Origin: Pecten maximus
Lineage: Eukaryota
DNA: 64,000 bases
Assembly: GCF_902652985.1 (NCBI RefSeq)
Contig: NC_047026.1
Location: 13,082,001-13,146,000, forward strand
Reading direction: 5' to 3'
Below the pieces are notes generated by a model. The model was not told the DNA's origin. It saw nothing but the letters and a program-made list of their open reading frames with translations, and searched no databases. This document shows, piece after piece, positions 1-14,218 of the stretch. How positions within the stretch are numbered: position 1 is the first letter of the stretch; each line of letters starts with the position of its first letter. Position numbers and translations under genes: made by a program.

Positions 1-63
1 TAACCAGAATTTCTGTCAGAGTTATTATGTTATTAAAACAATATTTCAGTTAATATAGTTTAC

Positions 64-3000
64 CTGCTGCTGATGGGCTATTGTCTGCTTCACCAGGACG
101 CTTTTTATACTCTGTTCCATCGCATACTTCTTTGCTCGTTGTATCAGTTCATTCTGGGAGGATGATAGCTTGGGTAATGTGAATGGTTTCTGGTCCCTCT
201 TTGCACCCGGCCCCTCCACGATGGGTCCGATCTGGTCTGCCTGGGGCAGCACATCCCCATAAGATTCTGAAATTGTCAATATAGTAAGTAAGCACCTGTG
301 TATTAAAATGGTGTCATAGGAAAGCCTTGAATAAGCGACCAGGAAAGTATTTTACTAAAACTTCCGAAAATATGAGGACTTGTACATGTTGCATATTTAG
401 AGTAACACTACATACATCTATTTCATTTTTATCTTTTTGGTATCAAAATAAAATGCTTTGAAGTAGTTTTCTATGAACAACCCTTGCTGTACGCATTAAA
501 ATCAACCAAATTTATTTCATTATTACATTTTGGGTAGTGTGTTATATAAAAAAAAAAAGAAGAAAAATAGTCCATGTTGTGATATTTTCAACATACCAAA
601 ACTCAATTTTCTAACAAGAACAATAACCAGTACAAAGCTTTGTGAATTTTTGAAAAACAATTACATAAAACATAGCATTTACTATTCCAACAACACCAGG
701 AGATTAAAGGGACTTTAACACACATACTCTTTCTGCTGTAAACATTTTGTTTCTTCAAAAAGCATGGGAAATATTTTCTTTAAGAAACATTTGTCCTAAC
801 ATGATTTTAAAACTCTACTGTTTTCAGCCAGTTTACTGTAGTGATTTACCATTTCTGATCCGCAAGCAATTACTGATCAAAATTTTTTGAGGATGCACTC
901 AAACTATCGGCTACCTGAATAAAGTTATAAAGTTTATTGTGCACCACAGTATCCACCAAAACTACCTTTACATCCTTGAAATGAGAGAAAATATGAAGAA
1001 ATTTCAATTGCATATTGGATATATTTCATACACTTTGTCTTAAAATCCCTTTCAAGATCAACATGTCCTACTACCAAATAATGAAATATCAGTAATAAAA
1101 CCAGTATCCAGTTTATGGCGACACAAGAGGCATATCAACACAGATGTCATCTATGATAAACAGTTTTGTAACGATGTTTACCGCTAGCATCCCCATGTTT
1201 GACTGAGAGCAGGAGCTCATGGCCACAAGCCCTCGACTTATATCAGACATTCGGTCGGCGCATGTACATAAGCTAGGGTACCACAATTTTTGGCTTCATA
1301 CTTTTTACATGAAAAACACAGAAAGAAACAGAAAGAAAACCATGGATGAGTGACAAGACTGTAACATCATGAAACAGTTGTAATTAATTTGTTATTTTTG
1401 ACGACTGGATCGGGTTTCTTCTCAGCAAATGATTGTAAACTTACCAAAGCAAGGATACTTATTTTCTCACAGTACAAATTTACTCAAAATACTATAGCAT
1501 TTAATCATTTAGATCATAATGCACGGGCTAAGTGTCTGATTCTTGAAATACTTGACAGCTGGCTTTATCAATAATTAACTTACATAAGAGGAGGAAAATA
1601 TTTTCCAAAATAGTAAATTCAGTATTAAAACTAAAAATGTTCCACCCATGATGTACCTTGAGAAAACAAGACAATCAGCATTAGTAAGTTTACTAGGAAA
1701 ATAACCTGGAAAGTAAATGTTTAATTTAACATCATCTCTCACACCACATCCTATTCCTCCAACCATCTCTTCTACATGGTGCTTCAAGTTTATATCCAAG
1801 ACCAACTAACAGATTTTTCAAAATTCAAATCAATCAATGAAGAAAATTTACACAAATTTTGGTTTGTTTCTGACTATTTGAGATGTTTTGATTTTTAAAG
1901 ATTGTATTTCAGGAAGACCTTTTCAATACGTATCAATAGCTTTATAAGGAATGTGTTTGCTTTTCTTCTTTCACTGATTCATAAACATTTTTTTATCATA
2001 AATCTAAAGATGATGATTTCAAAGAATTCAGGCTACAATACAGCATACCAATGCCAAACACACCGAGGTCAAACAATGGTTTTACACACAAACTCAGATT
2101 TCATGGAATATCAAAGGTGACCTATTTTTCGGAAAAAAAATCCCCAGACATTTATCACTAATATGCCTTCTGGTAGCTCTCCTGTCAGCTCTATGATAAA
2201 TGTAACCAAGCAAAGCACAAACTTGTCTCTAAAAACTCTAGGTTCAAACAAATGACTTTCAGGAGGAGGAAAGAAATAAGTTGACAATAAATCCATCATC
2301 ATTAATACTTCCTCTAACATATTACGATCCTATCCATAAGTGTGATTTCTAAAACAATGGTTGCAAAATTTATGCATTAAAGTATAGTTCCAATATTATT
2401 AGGAAGTGGCTTAAGTTTCGTTTCTGATGGTTATATGACTTGTCCAATTTAATAATGTATCTTGTGCCACCATGTTTCAGAAATCACATTCGATAAAATT
2501 TCTAACCATGTTCACAAAAATTAGCATGCATCTTAGTTTAAAAATTTATGCTGATTTAGTCATTTGATCAGTCACATGGGATTTGATCAACCAATCATAA
2601 GTGTCTTCCGAACTTCTGTCTGCCAGTCTTCCTGGAATGGAAATCAGACCATTTTTTGTAATACCAATATACCGTAGCAGTATGAAGGAGGACAGGAAAA
2701 AGTGGCAAGATAGGGTTTAATAATCACTATTGGTTATTGGTAAAGATTGTAAACAAAATATTTAGAGAATGAATGTTTCGTTTTCACAATGAAGAATATT
2801 CTTCACAATTCAGTTCTGTTGACTAGATTTTGAAAAGGTTTTAAAAAAAATCACAATGATAGACAGGATTTGGTAAAAAAAAAAAAGGCATGCACAGAAA
2901 GTAACAAGTAATGCATATGTTGTTTATCAAAACTTTCTTTTCAAGCAAACTTTCATTTTGAAATTTGTAGGAAAACTTAAATTTTCAGTTTTTGAATGTT

Positions 3001-6000
3001 TGAATGTCCAAATAACTTATTTAAAAGAAAAAAAATGCAAATGATATGAAGATGAATTTGATTTGGAAGATTTCGATCTCGGAGCATGAAAAGTGTGGAG
3101 GATGACTCTGCACCAGCTCTGTATTATGGGCCTTTAGTAGACAGTCGCTTGCTTTGTGGTTTGTTGATGACTGAAAATACATAGAGAGGAAAAACACCTT
3201 CTGTCATTCTCGGGTTTTGTAGTTTGTACATAAACAACACCACAAAAATCTTACGATAGTACACTTCTGAACCGTATGCTCTAATATGAAGGCAAAATTT
3301 ACAATCGGGGTTTAAAACTTTTCATTTATAAATTTATATCAAATACACAGAGAGATCCTACATGGTGGACAAATGTATTTTCAATTCCTTTCATTGACCG
3401 TAACAGAAAAGAACTCAATTACACTCTACACAATTTTCTGATTGATTACAAATAACCTTGATAATGTTTTTTTTTTAAATCTAAACACTGAAAGTGAACA
3501 GGGAAAACTAATTATGCCTTATCATCCAATATCTATGACATTATATCAAACGCGATTCTGATATACGATGCATGTGAATATATCATGATCTAATTTTAAA
3601 ATCCCAATAATGAGATTTTTTCTGGTAAACTTCCATGCAACATCAACAGGAGCTGCTGGGTTGAAAACCCTGTCAATGAGGTGTGGTCTTGAGTACTGAT
3701 AAACTAATGATTTATTTCCAACACTGCTGAAAAGATACAAAAGAGGCAGAGAAAATAATAAGTATGTGCTGCATCATATTTTATTTTCATAGCTTTCCAA
3801 TATTTATAAAATGTACAAAATTGAACATAACACAAGATTATCACATATTCTCCTCAAGTGTAAAGAACAATAATCTGACATGCCTTCAGAAAAATTACCA
3901 GGAAATGACAATAATAATGCAATTCTGGTCCAGGACAACTCACATACAACTTTCATTCGCAAGGATAAAGGTACAGTTCTTGTCAAAAAAATAACAATTT
4001 TTTAAACTTTGTTACAGTGTTTATACAATTATTCTAAATATAAATCTACAGACTACTAATTTGATATTCACCATCAAACAATTCATGTCTTTCCCACTAT
4101 TTTATCAATATTTGTCGGATGTACCATTTAAACAAAAACTATTCCATAATCCTGATTTCACTCTGTAATTATAACAAATCCATTCATTCCAATTCTAGTG
4201 TTAGTGCCAATGCCGTAGGTCCATAACCATACCAAATATCACAAAAAAAGAGAGCAAACCTTAACAAAAATGTAAAGGATATATCACCAAAAATAAAATC
4301 TGACATACCGTTATATATATACATTTAAAATCAATAATTTAATTTAATAACTGGCTTGTGTTTTAAACACTACATACCTCACTTTCTTGAATGTCATGAT
4401 GTGTCAAATGATAAACAAAAATAACAGTTGTAAACTTTAGAAATTAAATCCCATTCAATGAATGACAGGAAATCAATACCAAATTATGATAAACATAGTT
4501 TTCAAAAAAAAATATATCAAAATTTAATTAGATAGCAAAACATGCCATATCTTTTATTTACATTTTTTTTATTCTACTACTGATATCTTTAACCCAGGTC
4601 TTGAACTTCTGCAATTTTCTGGGTTTTTTTTTTTTTAAATCTGGGAAACCATCAGAAGTTCCATCTTCAAACAAATCACTACCTTAACAAATTTTTCAGA
4701 AATGATGGACCCACCATAATGTTCAATCTTCCAATCACCATCCAGAAACAATCAGCATCTGATGATTACCAAGCAATGTAAAAACATACATTTACGATTA
4801 GTTTACACAGCATACAGTAGTCTGGTGTACAAGAACTTTGTACAAAAGCCAGAAAATTCCTGATTTGAATTTGAAAAAAAAATTAAAAAAATAAATAAAA
4901 AAATAAAAAATTGAACATTGCAAGAGTGACAAATTTAGATACATCATACCTTAGATATTAACAATTTTGCCTTTAAAAATACTTCTTCAATTCAAGATAT
5001 TTTTTAATATGTCTAAAAAAGTTGAACAGATTAGCATATAAGATCAAGTATGAAAGGTATATAAAACTGCATGACGTCGTCAAGGCTACTAGATCATTCA
5101 ATGACGTCATACTACCAATGGTAGCTTGTCCTTTCAATTTGATATGCAGGAGCAAGATCTATTGAAATGTTATTTACAAAATAATATCAAAACAATACCA
5201 TGGTTCTGACCACCATTGCTGAACATGCAAATCCTGCATCAACATAAACTAGAAAATTGTCCTAAGAACTAATTTTCTTTTTTATGTAGCAGGGAAGAGT
5301 CAAATAGTGTAACCTACCTGAACCATCATCCATCTTCATCTTCTTTATTGCAAAATGATCTGACTAGAAAAAGAAAAAGAAAATTAAATACTGCTTACAA
5401 AAGACCAGGTTTTACAAATAAAATAGCCTTTCTATTGATAAAATAAACAGCCATGTCTCCCATCTTGTTTTACAACTGTCAAAAAGCAAGCTAGATTTTA
5501 TCAAAAATGTTTTTACGTTCAAAACTTAGTACTGTTTATAAAAGATATTTCAATTTTCAGGATGACAGCATTTGATATTTACCTCTTGCTTCAGCCCATT
5601 TTCTGTTGGCCACGCAGGTGCATCGGGCTAAAAAATATATAATAATTAAATGCAGAAAGACAATCTTAACTGTTGTATCATTTTCATTATGATTTTCAAT
5701 TATGCCGGACGAAATCTTTTACGAGAGGTAATGGGAGGATGTGGTATCGAAAAAATGCTCAAACGTTGATGAACTGTATATGATAATTAAATGAATAGAA
5801 TAATTAATCTGTATTTTCACATTACAATTTTCTATTTTGCCAAACAAAATCCTTAATGATCTAGTCATGAGAGGAAATAGCATTTCACTTCAAAAGATTG
5901 AAATATTTTGGTGGTGTCATATAGGGTGCAAACATGGACCTTATAATGAGACATCTATGATTCTCACTAACTTTAAAGTGTACTGCCTACTGGAAACTCA

Positions 6001-6623
6001 AAAATAATTGGGGCGAAATGTCTTGCTAAGACATCCGCTCTTTTTTATTCACATTCTTCATTGACCATTCTTTCACAGTGACACTTCATCATTGCTTTCA
6101 CGACAGACGGAATTTGTTTAATATATATTCTAAAACGTAGTCCATGTTGTGGCCAATTTATGTATCGAATCATAATAAGGCATCAACGTCCTTGCAACGT
6201 TTCTTTACGCGAATTCGAACGAGTCGACCCAAAAAGATACACATCAAAACTCATTAATTGGATGAATGTAACTATGGTTCCCTGTTTATCGGACTAAGCA
6301 ACACGGGGAATAAATGTGATATTGAAAATCTAGCGAGATAACACTGTTATGTAGCGTTAATATTGGTAAGGTATTATGCTACAGTACAGATAGGAATCAA
6401 AATCGATCGTTTGCACCGACCACGCCGGTCGTACGTTAGGCCTACACAATGAAATCCTGTATTTCAAAGTGGTCCATATACACATAAATGTTTTCAGTAT
6501 CTTTTTCAAATGTTCAGCTTATGAAAAAACGCCATGCATTGCAGTGAATGCGAAATCTATATTGCTTACCGATGAATAATTTGAGTTCTGATTTGCCATG
6601 GCGCCCACGTCCATCGACGCCAT
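64..6623 (-). CDS. PUF60: Poly(U)-binding splicing factor PUF60 (half pint), 5' part; gene continues off the left edge
   Basis: Exons 6570-6623 ([18 protein letters not shown]), 5583-5627, 5318-5363 and 64-266, all with GT-AG boundaries and compatible phases. Exon 4 encodes [38 protein letters not shown], which matches the PUF60 N-terminal motif [24 protein letters not shown]. Confidence 0.9.
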
Positions 6624-6772
6624 TTTCCTTCGTGTCACGTGCTCACAAATAATGTCCCTGAAGTATACAGTTGCAATCATTAGTAGAGACTAGTGTTAAG
6701 CTATTCCAAGTGCGCGAATTTAATTGCAGTTAAACGTTGATCTGGCCCAAAAGCACATGTTTGAGAATAATA
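6624..6772. promoter_or_regulatory. Compact bidirectional promoter shared by PUF60 and NHP2
   Basis: Only 149 bp separate the divergent ATGs. Contains a GTCACGTG E-box (~6634-6641), a YY1-type CGCCATTTT overlapping the PUF60 start, and an E2F-like GCGCGAAT. Confidence 0.75.
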
Positions 6773-9700
6773 ATGGGAAAAGACAAGAAGAGGAAGTCTG
6801 AAGGAGGAGATGAAGAGGGTGGCGATAGCAAAGAATCATGGAATTCTAAAATTGAACATTTAAATGCTATTTCAAAACCGCTGGCTCCACGCAAATTAAG
6901 CAAACGACTATATAAAGCAATTAAGAAAGGTATACACGGGGACTGCCCATGTGATATATTGTACCACGTTGTTATTTTATGGAAACTTACAGAAAGTGTA
7001 TGCAAATCTATAACTTTATATCAAATGTTAACGTCTGTATTTAGACGGATATTTGATGTTAAAAGCTTTATGCGACATGCAAATGCGTATAAGAAAGGTA
7101 TTTTAAGTGATATCAAAGCTGAATCTTGGATCTGGAGATAAACATAAATCAAATGTTTTACTCAATCACAATATTGTAATTTGTAAATATTATATAACCT
7201 AATAATTATATAACCCGTATTGACATATTATACTATATATAAAGTACAATGTATACATTCATCTATGTATCAATACGTTATAACAGGTCGGGTCTGTTTC
7301 TTCGGCTCAGTTGTTAGTGCCCTGGATAGATGCACAGGGGCATGTCCAGTCTTTACTCCAACAATGTTAGAGGATAACATAGCAAGAAACTTATGACAGG
7401 CGCCATGTAACTTTTGTGGTGTCTGAACCAAAAACTAGCCAGAGACCTTTAGCTAGTTAAAGAGACCTTAAGCTAGCTGAAGTACTAAACAAAGTGGCCA
7501 GAAATACCTCTATGTATGGCAATATTATTAAATATATAAGACTAGAAATGCCTCTGTGGGTCAAGGGCACTGGACAAGATACTTTTTTTCACAGATTTTG
7601 GATTTTAATTCATGTTTTTAACTTTTTACCAGATGCTGATTTCCTGCTCTACATAAAATTGAAAAATTAATAGCACTTTTGAAGTTTCTTAATATTGACA
7701 TTTATCTTTCAGCTGCAAAGCAAAAACAGCTGAGAAAGGGGGTAAGAGAAGTACAGAAGTTTGTGAGAAAAGGAGAAAAAGGGTAGGTTTTCATTCCTCT
7801 GAACATTGATCTGTCAATTTTCCACACTCAATTGGGATTCTGTATCATTATTTAACATCTGAATGGTAAAAAGTGTTTTGATTATATCACCTCTATTCAT
7901 GAATACTTGAGGAAAATATCATTTATTAAGCTTGGGACTATATTCTGCTACATCGTCGTCAGATACCCATATTGCACTACGCTATACTCCATGCTTATCA
8001 AATGTAACATAGCGTAGTGCAATCAATCATGGGCATCTCACGATGTAGCTTCATCTATATTTCAGAAATCTGCTACAGTCTGTTCAAAGTTTATGTTGGC
8101 AAATGTATGAAGTATCACAAATGTCTTCAATAGCAATAGACTATATAGTCAGTATCTTATTGATGAATAATATTAGAGATTACAAGTGATTAATATTACA
8201 TATATATATTATTTTCTTGTGTTAATAGTGTGATTGTTTTGGCTGGGGATGTAAGTCCTGTTGATGTCATCTGTCATATGCCATTGCTATGCGAGGAAGG
8301 TGGAATACCATACTGCTACACACCTTCCAAAGATGTAAGTGTGATACCTTGTCCTCTCCATCTCTTCTGACAGATTGACACACACTCAGTGTCGAGAGCT
8401 CCCCATCACACATAACTTCTGATAGATTGACACCCTCAGAGTCGAGACCCCATGACACATACCTTCTGACAGATTGACAAACCTCAGAGTCGAGACCTCC
8501 CCATTACACATACCTTCTGACAGGTTGACAAACCTCAGAGTTGAGACCTCCCCATTACACATATCTTCTGACAGATTGACACACCCTCAGAGTCGAGACC
8601 TCCCCATTACACATATCTTCCTGACAGATTGACACACCCTCAAAGTCGAGACCTCCCCATTACACATATCTTCTGACAGATTGACACACCCTCAGAGTCG
8701 AGACCTCCCCATCACACATAACTTCTGACAGATTGACACACCCTCAGAGTCGAGACCTCCCCATTACACTTATCTCCCGACAGATTGACACACCCTCAGA
8801 GTCGAGACCTCCCCATTACACTTATCTCCCGACAGATTGACACACCCTCAAAGTCGAGACCCTATTACACTTATCTCCTGACAGATTGACACACCCTCAG
8901 AGTCGAGACCCCATTACATATATCTTCTGACAGATTGACACACCCTCAGAGTCGAGACACTATTACACTTATCTCCTGACAGATTGACACACCCTCAGAG
9001 TCGGGACCCCATTACACATATCTTCTGACAGATTGACACACCCTCAGAGTTGAGACCTCCCAATTACACTTATCTCCTGACAGATTGACACACCCTCAGA
9101 GTCGGGACCTCCCCATTACACATATCTTCTGACAGATTGACACACCCTCAGAGTTGGGACCTCCCCATTACACATATCTTCTGACAGATTGACACACCCT
9201 CAGAGTGGAGACCTCCCCATTACACATACCTTCTGACAGATTGACACACCCTCATAGTCGAGACCCCATTACACATATCTTCTGACAGATTGACACACCC
9301 TCAGAGTCTGGACCTCCCCATTACACATACCTTCTGACAGATTGACACACCCTCATAGTCGAGACCCCATTACACATATCTTCTGACAGATTGACACACC
9401 CTCAGAGTCTGGACCTCCCCATTACACATATCTTCTGACAGATTGACATACCCTCATAGTCGAGACCCCATTACACATATCTTCTGACAGATTGACACAC
9501 CCTCAGAGTTGAGACCTCCCCATTACACATATCTTCTGACAGATTGACACACCCTCAGAGTCGGGACCTCCCCATTACACATATCTTCTGACAGATTGAC
9601 ACACCCTCATAGTCGAGACCTCCCCATTACATGTACCTTCTGACAGATTGACACACCCTCAGTCGGGACCTCCCCATTACATGTACCTTCTGACAGATTG

Positions 9701-10557
9701 ACACACCCTCAGAGTCGAGACCTCCCCATTACACATACCTTCTGACATATTGACACACCCTCAGAGTAGGGACCTCCCCATTACATGTACCTTCTGTCTG
9801 TCTGTCAATCCAAAAGGTTTGACTCCAGTGGTTTTTCTGTCATTGTATTTGGGTTCAAATTTAGCTCCCATTCAGTTGTTTATGAAGTACCCATTGGAGT
9901 CATCAGTTGAGTATTGTACATTAACTAGTATGTACAGTGTTTTGGAAGTGTTTGCTTAAGTGAATGATAGTAAACTGAATTGGTCATTGTATTGATGTAA
10001 AATGTATGGTTCATGTAATTAAATAATGTATATAAAAGATGATTAATCTATGCTCTCCATTTCTTTATAATTGTATGAGATACAGGTAATGTATTAAAGA
10101 TATCATTAACCTCGGACAGATGGAACTGGGGGACTAAAGGTTTCATTCTTGTTGATCTTATACATGCATATGTAACACCGAAGATTGTTAGCACTGTAGC
10201 AGCTCCGTTCCTTGACAGATTTTGATGCAACGTCACACAATAATAAAGAACCATAATATCTCCCAACAGTTAAAAGTTTCAGGTCACTTACGATTTTTAG
10301 CGGGGGCTGGTAGGGGATTTGTTTTGCTGTAGCAGTACCCAGTATCGCTTGTTTTATATTAATCTAAGAATCTTTTAAAGGCCTGAGATGTATACAGTTC
10401 GTAATGTTAACTTTCTTGATTTTCTTCACAGGACTTGGGCTCTGCATGTGGCTCCAAAAGGCCAACGTGTATGGTAATGATCAAGCCACACGATGACTAT
10501 CGGGAACTCTATGATGAATGTTTCGGTGAAGTCAAGGATCTTCCTCTTCCCATCTAA
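6773..10557 (+). CDS. NHP2: H/ACA ribonucleoprotein complex subunit 2 (L7Ae family), 152 aa
   Basis: Exons 6773-6929, 7713-7782, 8229-8334 and 10432-10557 splice in frame. Translation includes NAISKPLAPRKLSKRLYKAIKKA, LRKGVREVQKFVRKGEKG, VLAGDVSPVDVICHMPLLCEE, YCYTPSKDDLGSACGSKRPTC and ends LPLPI*. Confidence 0.95.
7948..8050. mobile_element. Short palindromic MITE-like element in NHP2 intron 2
   Basis: Inverted arms GCTACATCGT...ATTGCACTACGCTAT / ATAGCGTAGTGCAAT...ACGATGTAGC. Confidence 0.5.
8364..9792 (+). repeat. Minisatellite, 49-52-bp unit, about 28 copies, in NHP2 intron 3
   Basis: Unit TTCTGACAGATTGACACACCCTCAGAGTCGAGACCTCCCCATTACACATATC repeated head to tail. Confidence 0.97.
9820..9902. 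mobile_element. Small inverted-repeat element (MITE-like)
   Basis: TGACTCCAGTGG ... CCATTGGAGTCA termini. Confidence 0.35.
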
Positions 10558-11359
10558 TCTGACTGGAATCTCGCGATACAGAATTGTTTGAATAAGGTCT
10601 TTGTTATTGTACTTAAAGACCTTCCATTGACATTTAGATAATGTAAAATAAAGACCTAGATCTTCTATCCACTGTTACCATCTAAAAGTTAACAAGTGTT
10701 TATATTGCCAACTAAAATTATTCATTAAAATTCCTGACACTTAGGGTTTTCAATATTAAATTAAATATGTAGCTTAGAAAATACGTAGAAAATTTTGTTT
10801 CATGTTCTATTTAGCTTTCAGGGCTTTGAACAACCAGGTCCAAAATATGTTGTCATATATTATGCTGTTAACTGTCAGTAAGTCAATAATTTTCTGATAT
10901 GTTTTGTTTTGTTTAACTGGCATTTATTGTGTATTTTATTGGAAAGACCAATATGTGTTCAGACAGTGAACTTTTAATTGTTTGATGTATACAATGCAGC
11001 TTTCATCTTTGTGGAAAACAAGATTTTACAAAACTTCTTGACCTGAAAGTTATGGTGTTGTGCAAAATTTAAACCCAACATAGGATGAAAGTGTAGTGTT
11101 AACCAGAGAAAGTACAGTGCCGTACGTATGGGAGAGGAAAGAGTGAATGTGAGTATGAAAGATAACAGAAATGATGGAGAGAAAACTTAATTTCATGAAG
11201 AAAAATGTTAATATGAATTTAATACCATATTTTAGATAAAAAGTTGTCATGTAAAAAAAATGTTTTGAGTTTTTTATTTCATATGTGGGAAGTACCCAGG
11301 TATATTGACATCTGTACAAATGCCAGCATTATACTATTTGTTTCATTTAAACCTTAAAT

Positions 11360-11765
11360 ACCTTCCCCACTAACAGCCAGGTTCATAGTCGGGAGATCCA
11401 CTTTGACCTTGACCTTTGGACCCAAATGCCCTGGTCTTTTGACCATAACTATGACCTTTGGACACTTGGAAAATTTGACCTTGATATTTGACCCAGTGAC
11501 CATGACCTCTTAGTTGACTCCATGTATAATTCTGAACAACTTTGCTTCATAAAATCACAGCAATGATCACAAGTTAACACACACAAATTTGACCTCGACT
11601 TTGAGGCCTAATGAATATGACATTTGACTGATTTTTTACCTCAGTTTGTATTCTTCTGAACTGAACATTTAGACCAAATTTCATGCAAATCATTCAAGAA
11701 ATACTAAAGTTATCATCTAGGAACAACATTTGTGGACAGTGATTTCTATAAGGCACCAGCACAGG
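11360..11765. mobile_element. Degenerate bivalve-type repeat with TGACCTTGACCTT subrepeats
   Basis: Multiple TTTGACCTTGACCTTTGG motifs and ACCAAATTTCATGCAAATC, typical of non-autonomous satellite-bearing elements of molluscs. Confidence 0.5.
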
Positions 11766-11944
11766 GCCCTTGGAACTATGCTACTGTATACTCTACTAAA
11801 ATGTTAATATTAAGACAATGAATGGTTTAGCTAACTGCTGACAAACTTATCATAAACCTGGCCAGGCTGTATTAGAATGTAAGCTTAGCAATGTGTATGA
11901 TATGTACACTATTTGCTACAACATTCATTAAAATAGCATCTCGA

Positions 11945-13379
11945 AACAAGAGGTCCAGTGGACCTGCATCTCTCACTTGACATTCATTACTTACTCCCTA
12001 CATATTGGTACATTTAAAGACGTTGAGTTAGCTCACCTGGTTCGAAGGACCAAGTCGAGTGAGCTTATGCCATATCATAGCATCCGTTGTCTGTCCGTCA
12101 ACAATTTACTTCTTCATAACCGCTAATCAGAACTTGACCAAATTTGGTCAAAAGTTTTCTTACGGGCTGTGGACTCAAAATTGTACAAATGATGGGACTG
12201 ACCCCTATTGGCCTGAAGGATGGGGCCAAAAGGTGTCAATTTTGCTGTATTGATTCTTCTTTGAAACTGAGCAATGGATATTGCTCAAATTTACCTGTTA
12301 ACATAACTATGGGGTGGGGATTCAAAATTGAACAAATGGTGGGGCCGGGCCAAAATGGGTTTATTTGGCTATATTGATATCAATGACTTCTCTAAAACAA
12401 AGCAATGGATATTGCTCATATATTTTACTTGCCTGGTAGCATCACTATTGGGTAGGGATTCAAAACTGTACAAATGGTGGAGGCCTGACCAGACCTGGGG
12501 GGTAGGGCCAAAATGGGTTTGTTTGGCTACATAAACAACTTCCCTGAAACCAAGCAATGTATAACGCTCATACTTGCCTGATAGCATCACTATTGGGTGG
12601 GGATTCAAAATTGTACAAATGGTGGGGCTGACCCTCCAGGGACCTAGGGGGAGGGACCAAAATGGGTTTATTTAGCTATATTGATGCAAACGACTTCTTC
12701 TCTGAAACCGAGCAATGGATGTCACTCATATTTGCCTGGTAATATCACTATGGGTTGGGATTCAAAATTGTACAAATTAGATCCTTAACTGAGAAAGTGG
12801 TTATAATTTGTAGGGTGTTGTCCAAGTATACCACATGCCAAATATTGTGATTCAATTCCTTTGGTTAATTCGAAGATCTGCAAACATTTTCACTTCCTGA
12901 TACTTTGAATATGGGTAGAGTTTTACCTTGTCACAATTTTTTTAGGGTGTAATCCTGGGAACATACCAACAAAATGTCATCATTCAATATCTTTTGCATA
13001 CTGATCTATCAGAGTTACTTCCCCTTGCCAGCAATAGAATGGGTCTTTTCGCTAATAAGAAGTCATTTGAGTGTTTTAACTGTAACCCATAAACCTTGAA
13101 TATGGGTCAAGTTTATCTCTTCACTAACTTTGTAGGGTGTAATCTTGGGAACCTACTAGCCAAATATGATTCTAGGCTTTTTGGTTTTAACAAATTTGAC
13201 CCAATACCTTGTATAAAGTCAAGGTCGTTTCTTTTTGCAAACTTTGTTGTGCTCCATCCCAGAAACCTACTAGCCAAATATCATGATTCTAGACCTTTTT
13301 GAAAAGATATGAAGCTCTTTCTTTAAAGGAAAACGTTGCCAGACAGTTGGATAAGTTCTGAAGGACGAGTGAGCTAAAA
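11945..13379. mobile_element. Nested non-autonomous Helentron/HINE-like elements with internal tandem repeats
   Basis: Outer ends are AACAAGAGGTCCAGTGGACC (11945) and GAAGGACGAGTGAGCTAAAA (13379). An inner copy starts TTAGCTCACCTGGTTCGAAGGACCAAG...GTGAGCTTATG (~12028), followed by ~130-150-bp repeats containing GGGATTCAAAATTGTACAAATGGTGG up to ~12780. Confidence 0.65.
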
Positions 13380-14218
13380 CATTCCTTTTTGGACATGGAA
13401 TTGGAATGCTTTATGTTTAATAGTAAACAATTCATGAATTCCAGATTGATGGATGATCATTTTATTCATTTCATTCACCTTGTAACAAATAATAATTCAT
13501 TATAATACACAATCTTTTAATAAGTTTAATTTTGCATCAATAAATTATTACGTCAAATGCATTAAGAATACATGCATACTAAACATACCATACATCATCC
13601 TTTCCAACTCGTGTACAAATAATTCTCTCATTCACGGCACAAATGTATTACGAAATCAGTGATGGGCTTGAAAAGAAACTATGAATTTATGTACCGTATG
13701 TAAACTCCATGAATTAAATGAAATTAAGAAGTCTTTCAATAACATGTAATTTAAATTTGATGAGATTGTTAATTCAAAAGACCTTATTTCGACTGGCAGA
13801 ATAGCAATAAATTTGTATTTTGATATCGTAATTTTTTCTGTCTATGAACACAAACAAATAATTTTTAGGTAGTACACCAATGACATCGCATGGTGTTTAT
13901 GGTTTGATGAATGTTACAGTATTTGCCAAGTGTTGCTGTATCATTTTTACAAATAATGTAGTGCAAATGTACCAGGGAAAATACTCATTGCATCCTGATT
14001 TTACTGTCGGTTATCAAATGTTAATTTCTGCCATGATCATAAATTGTGCCACCAACTGAACCATGATTTATGTGTACATACTGACCAAACCGTATTTAAT
14101 TCTCACATAAACTCTATCTGATCCAGCAAAACCAAAGTGAGCGGAGGGTCAAATAATTGTATTTCCTTTATCAATCGTTTAAAGTTTACATTGTTGACAT
14201 GTGGAATATACAATTACC

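Noticed and set aside
10090-10270. H/ACA snoRNA in NHP2 intron 3
   Set aside because: A terminal ACA and one stem are present, but there is no convincing H box or two-hairpin architecture.
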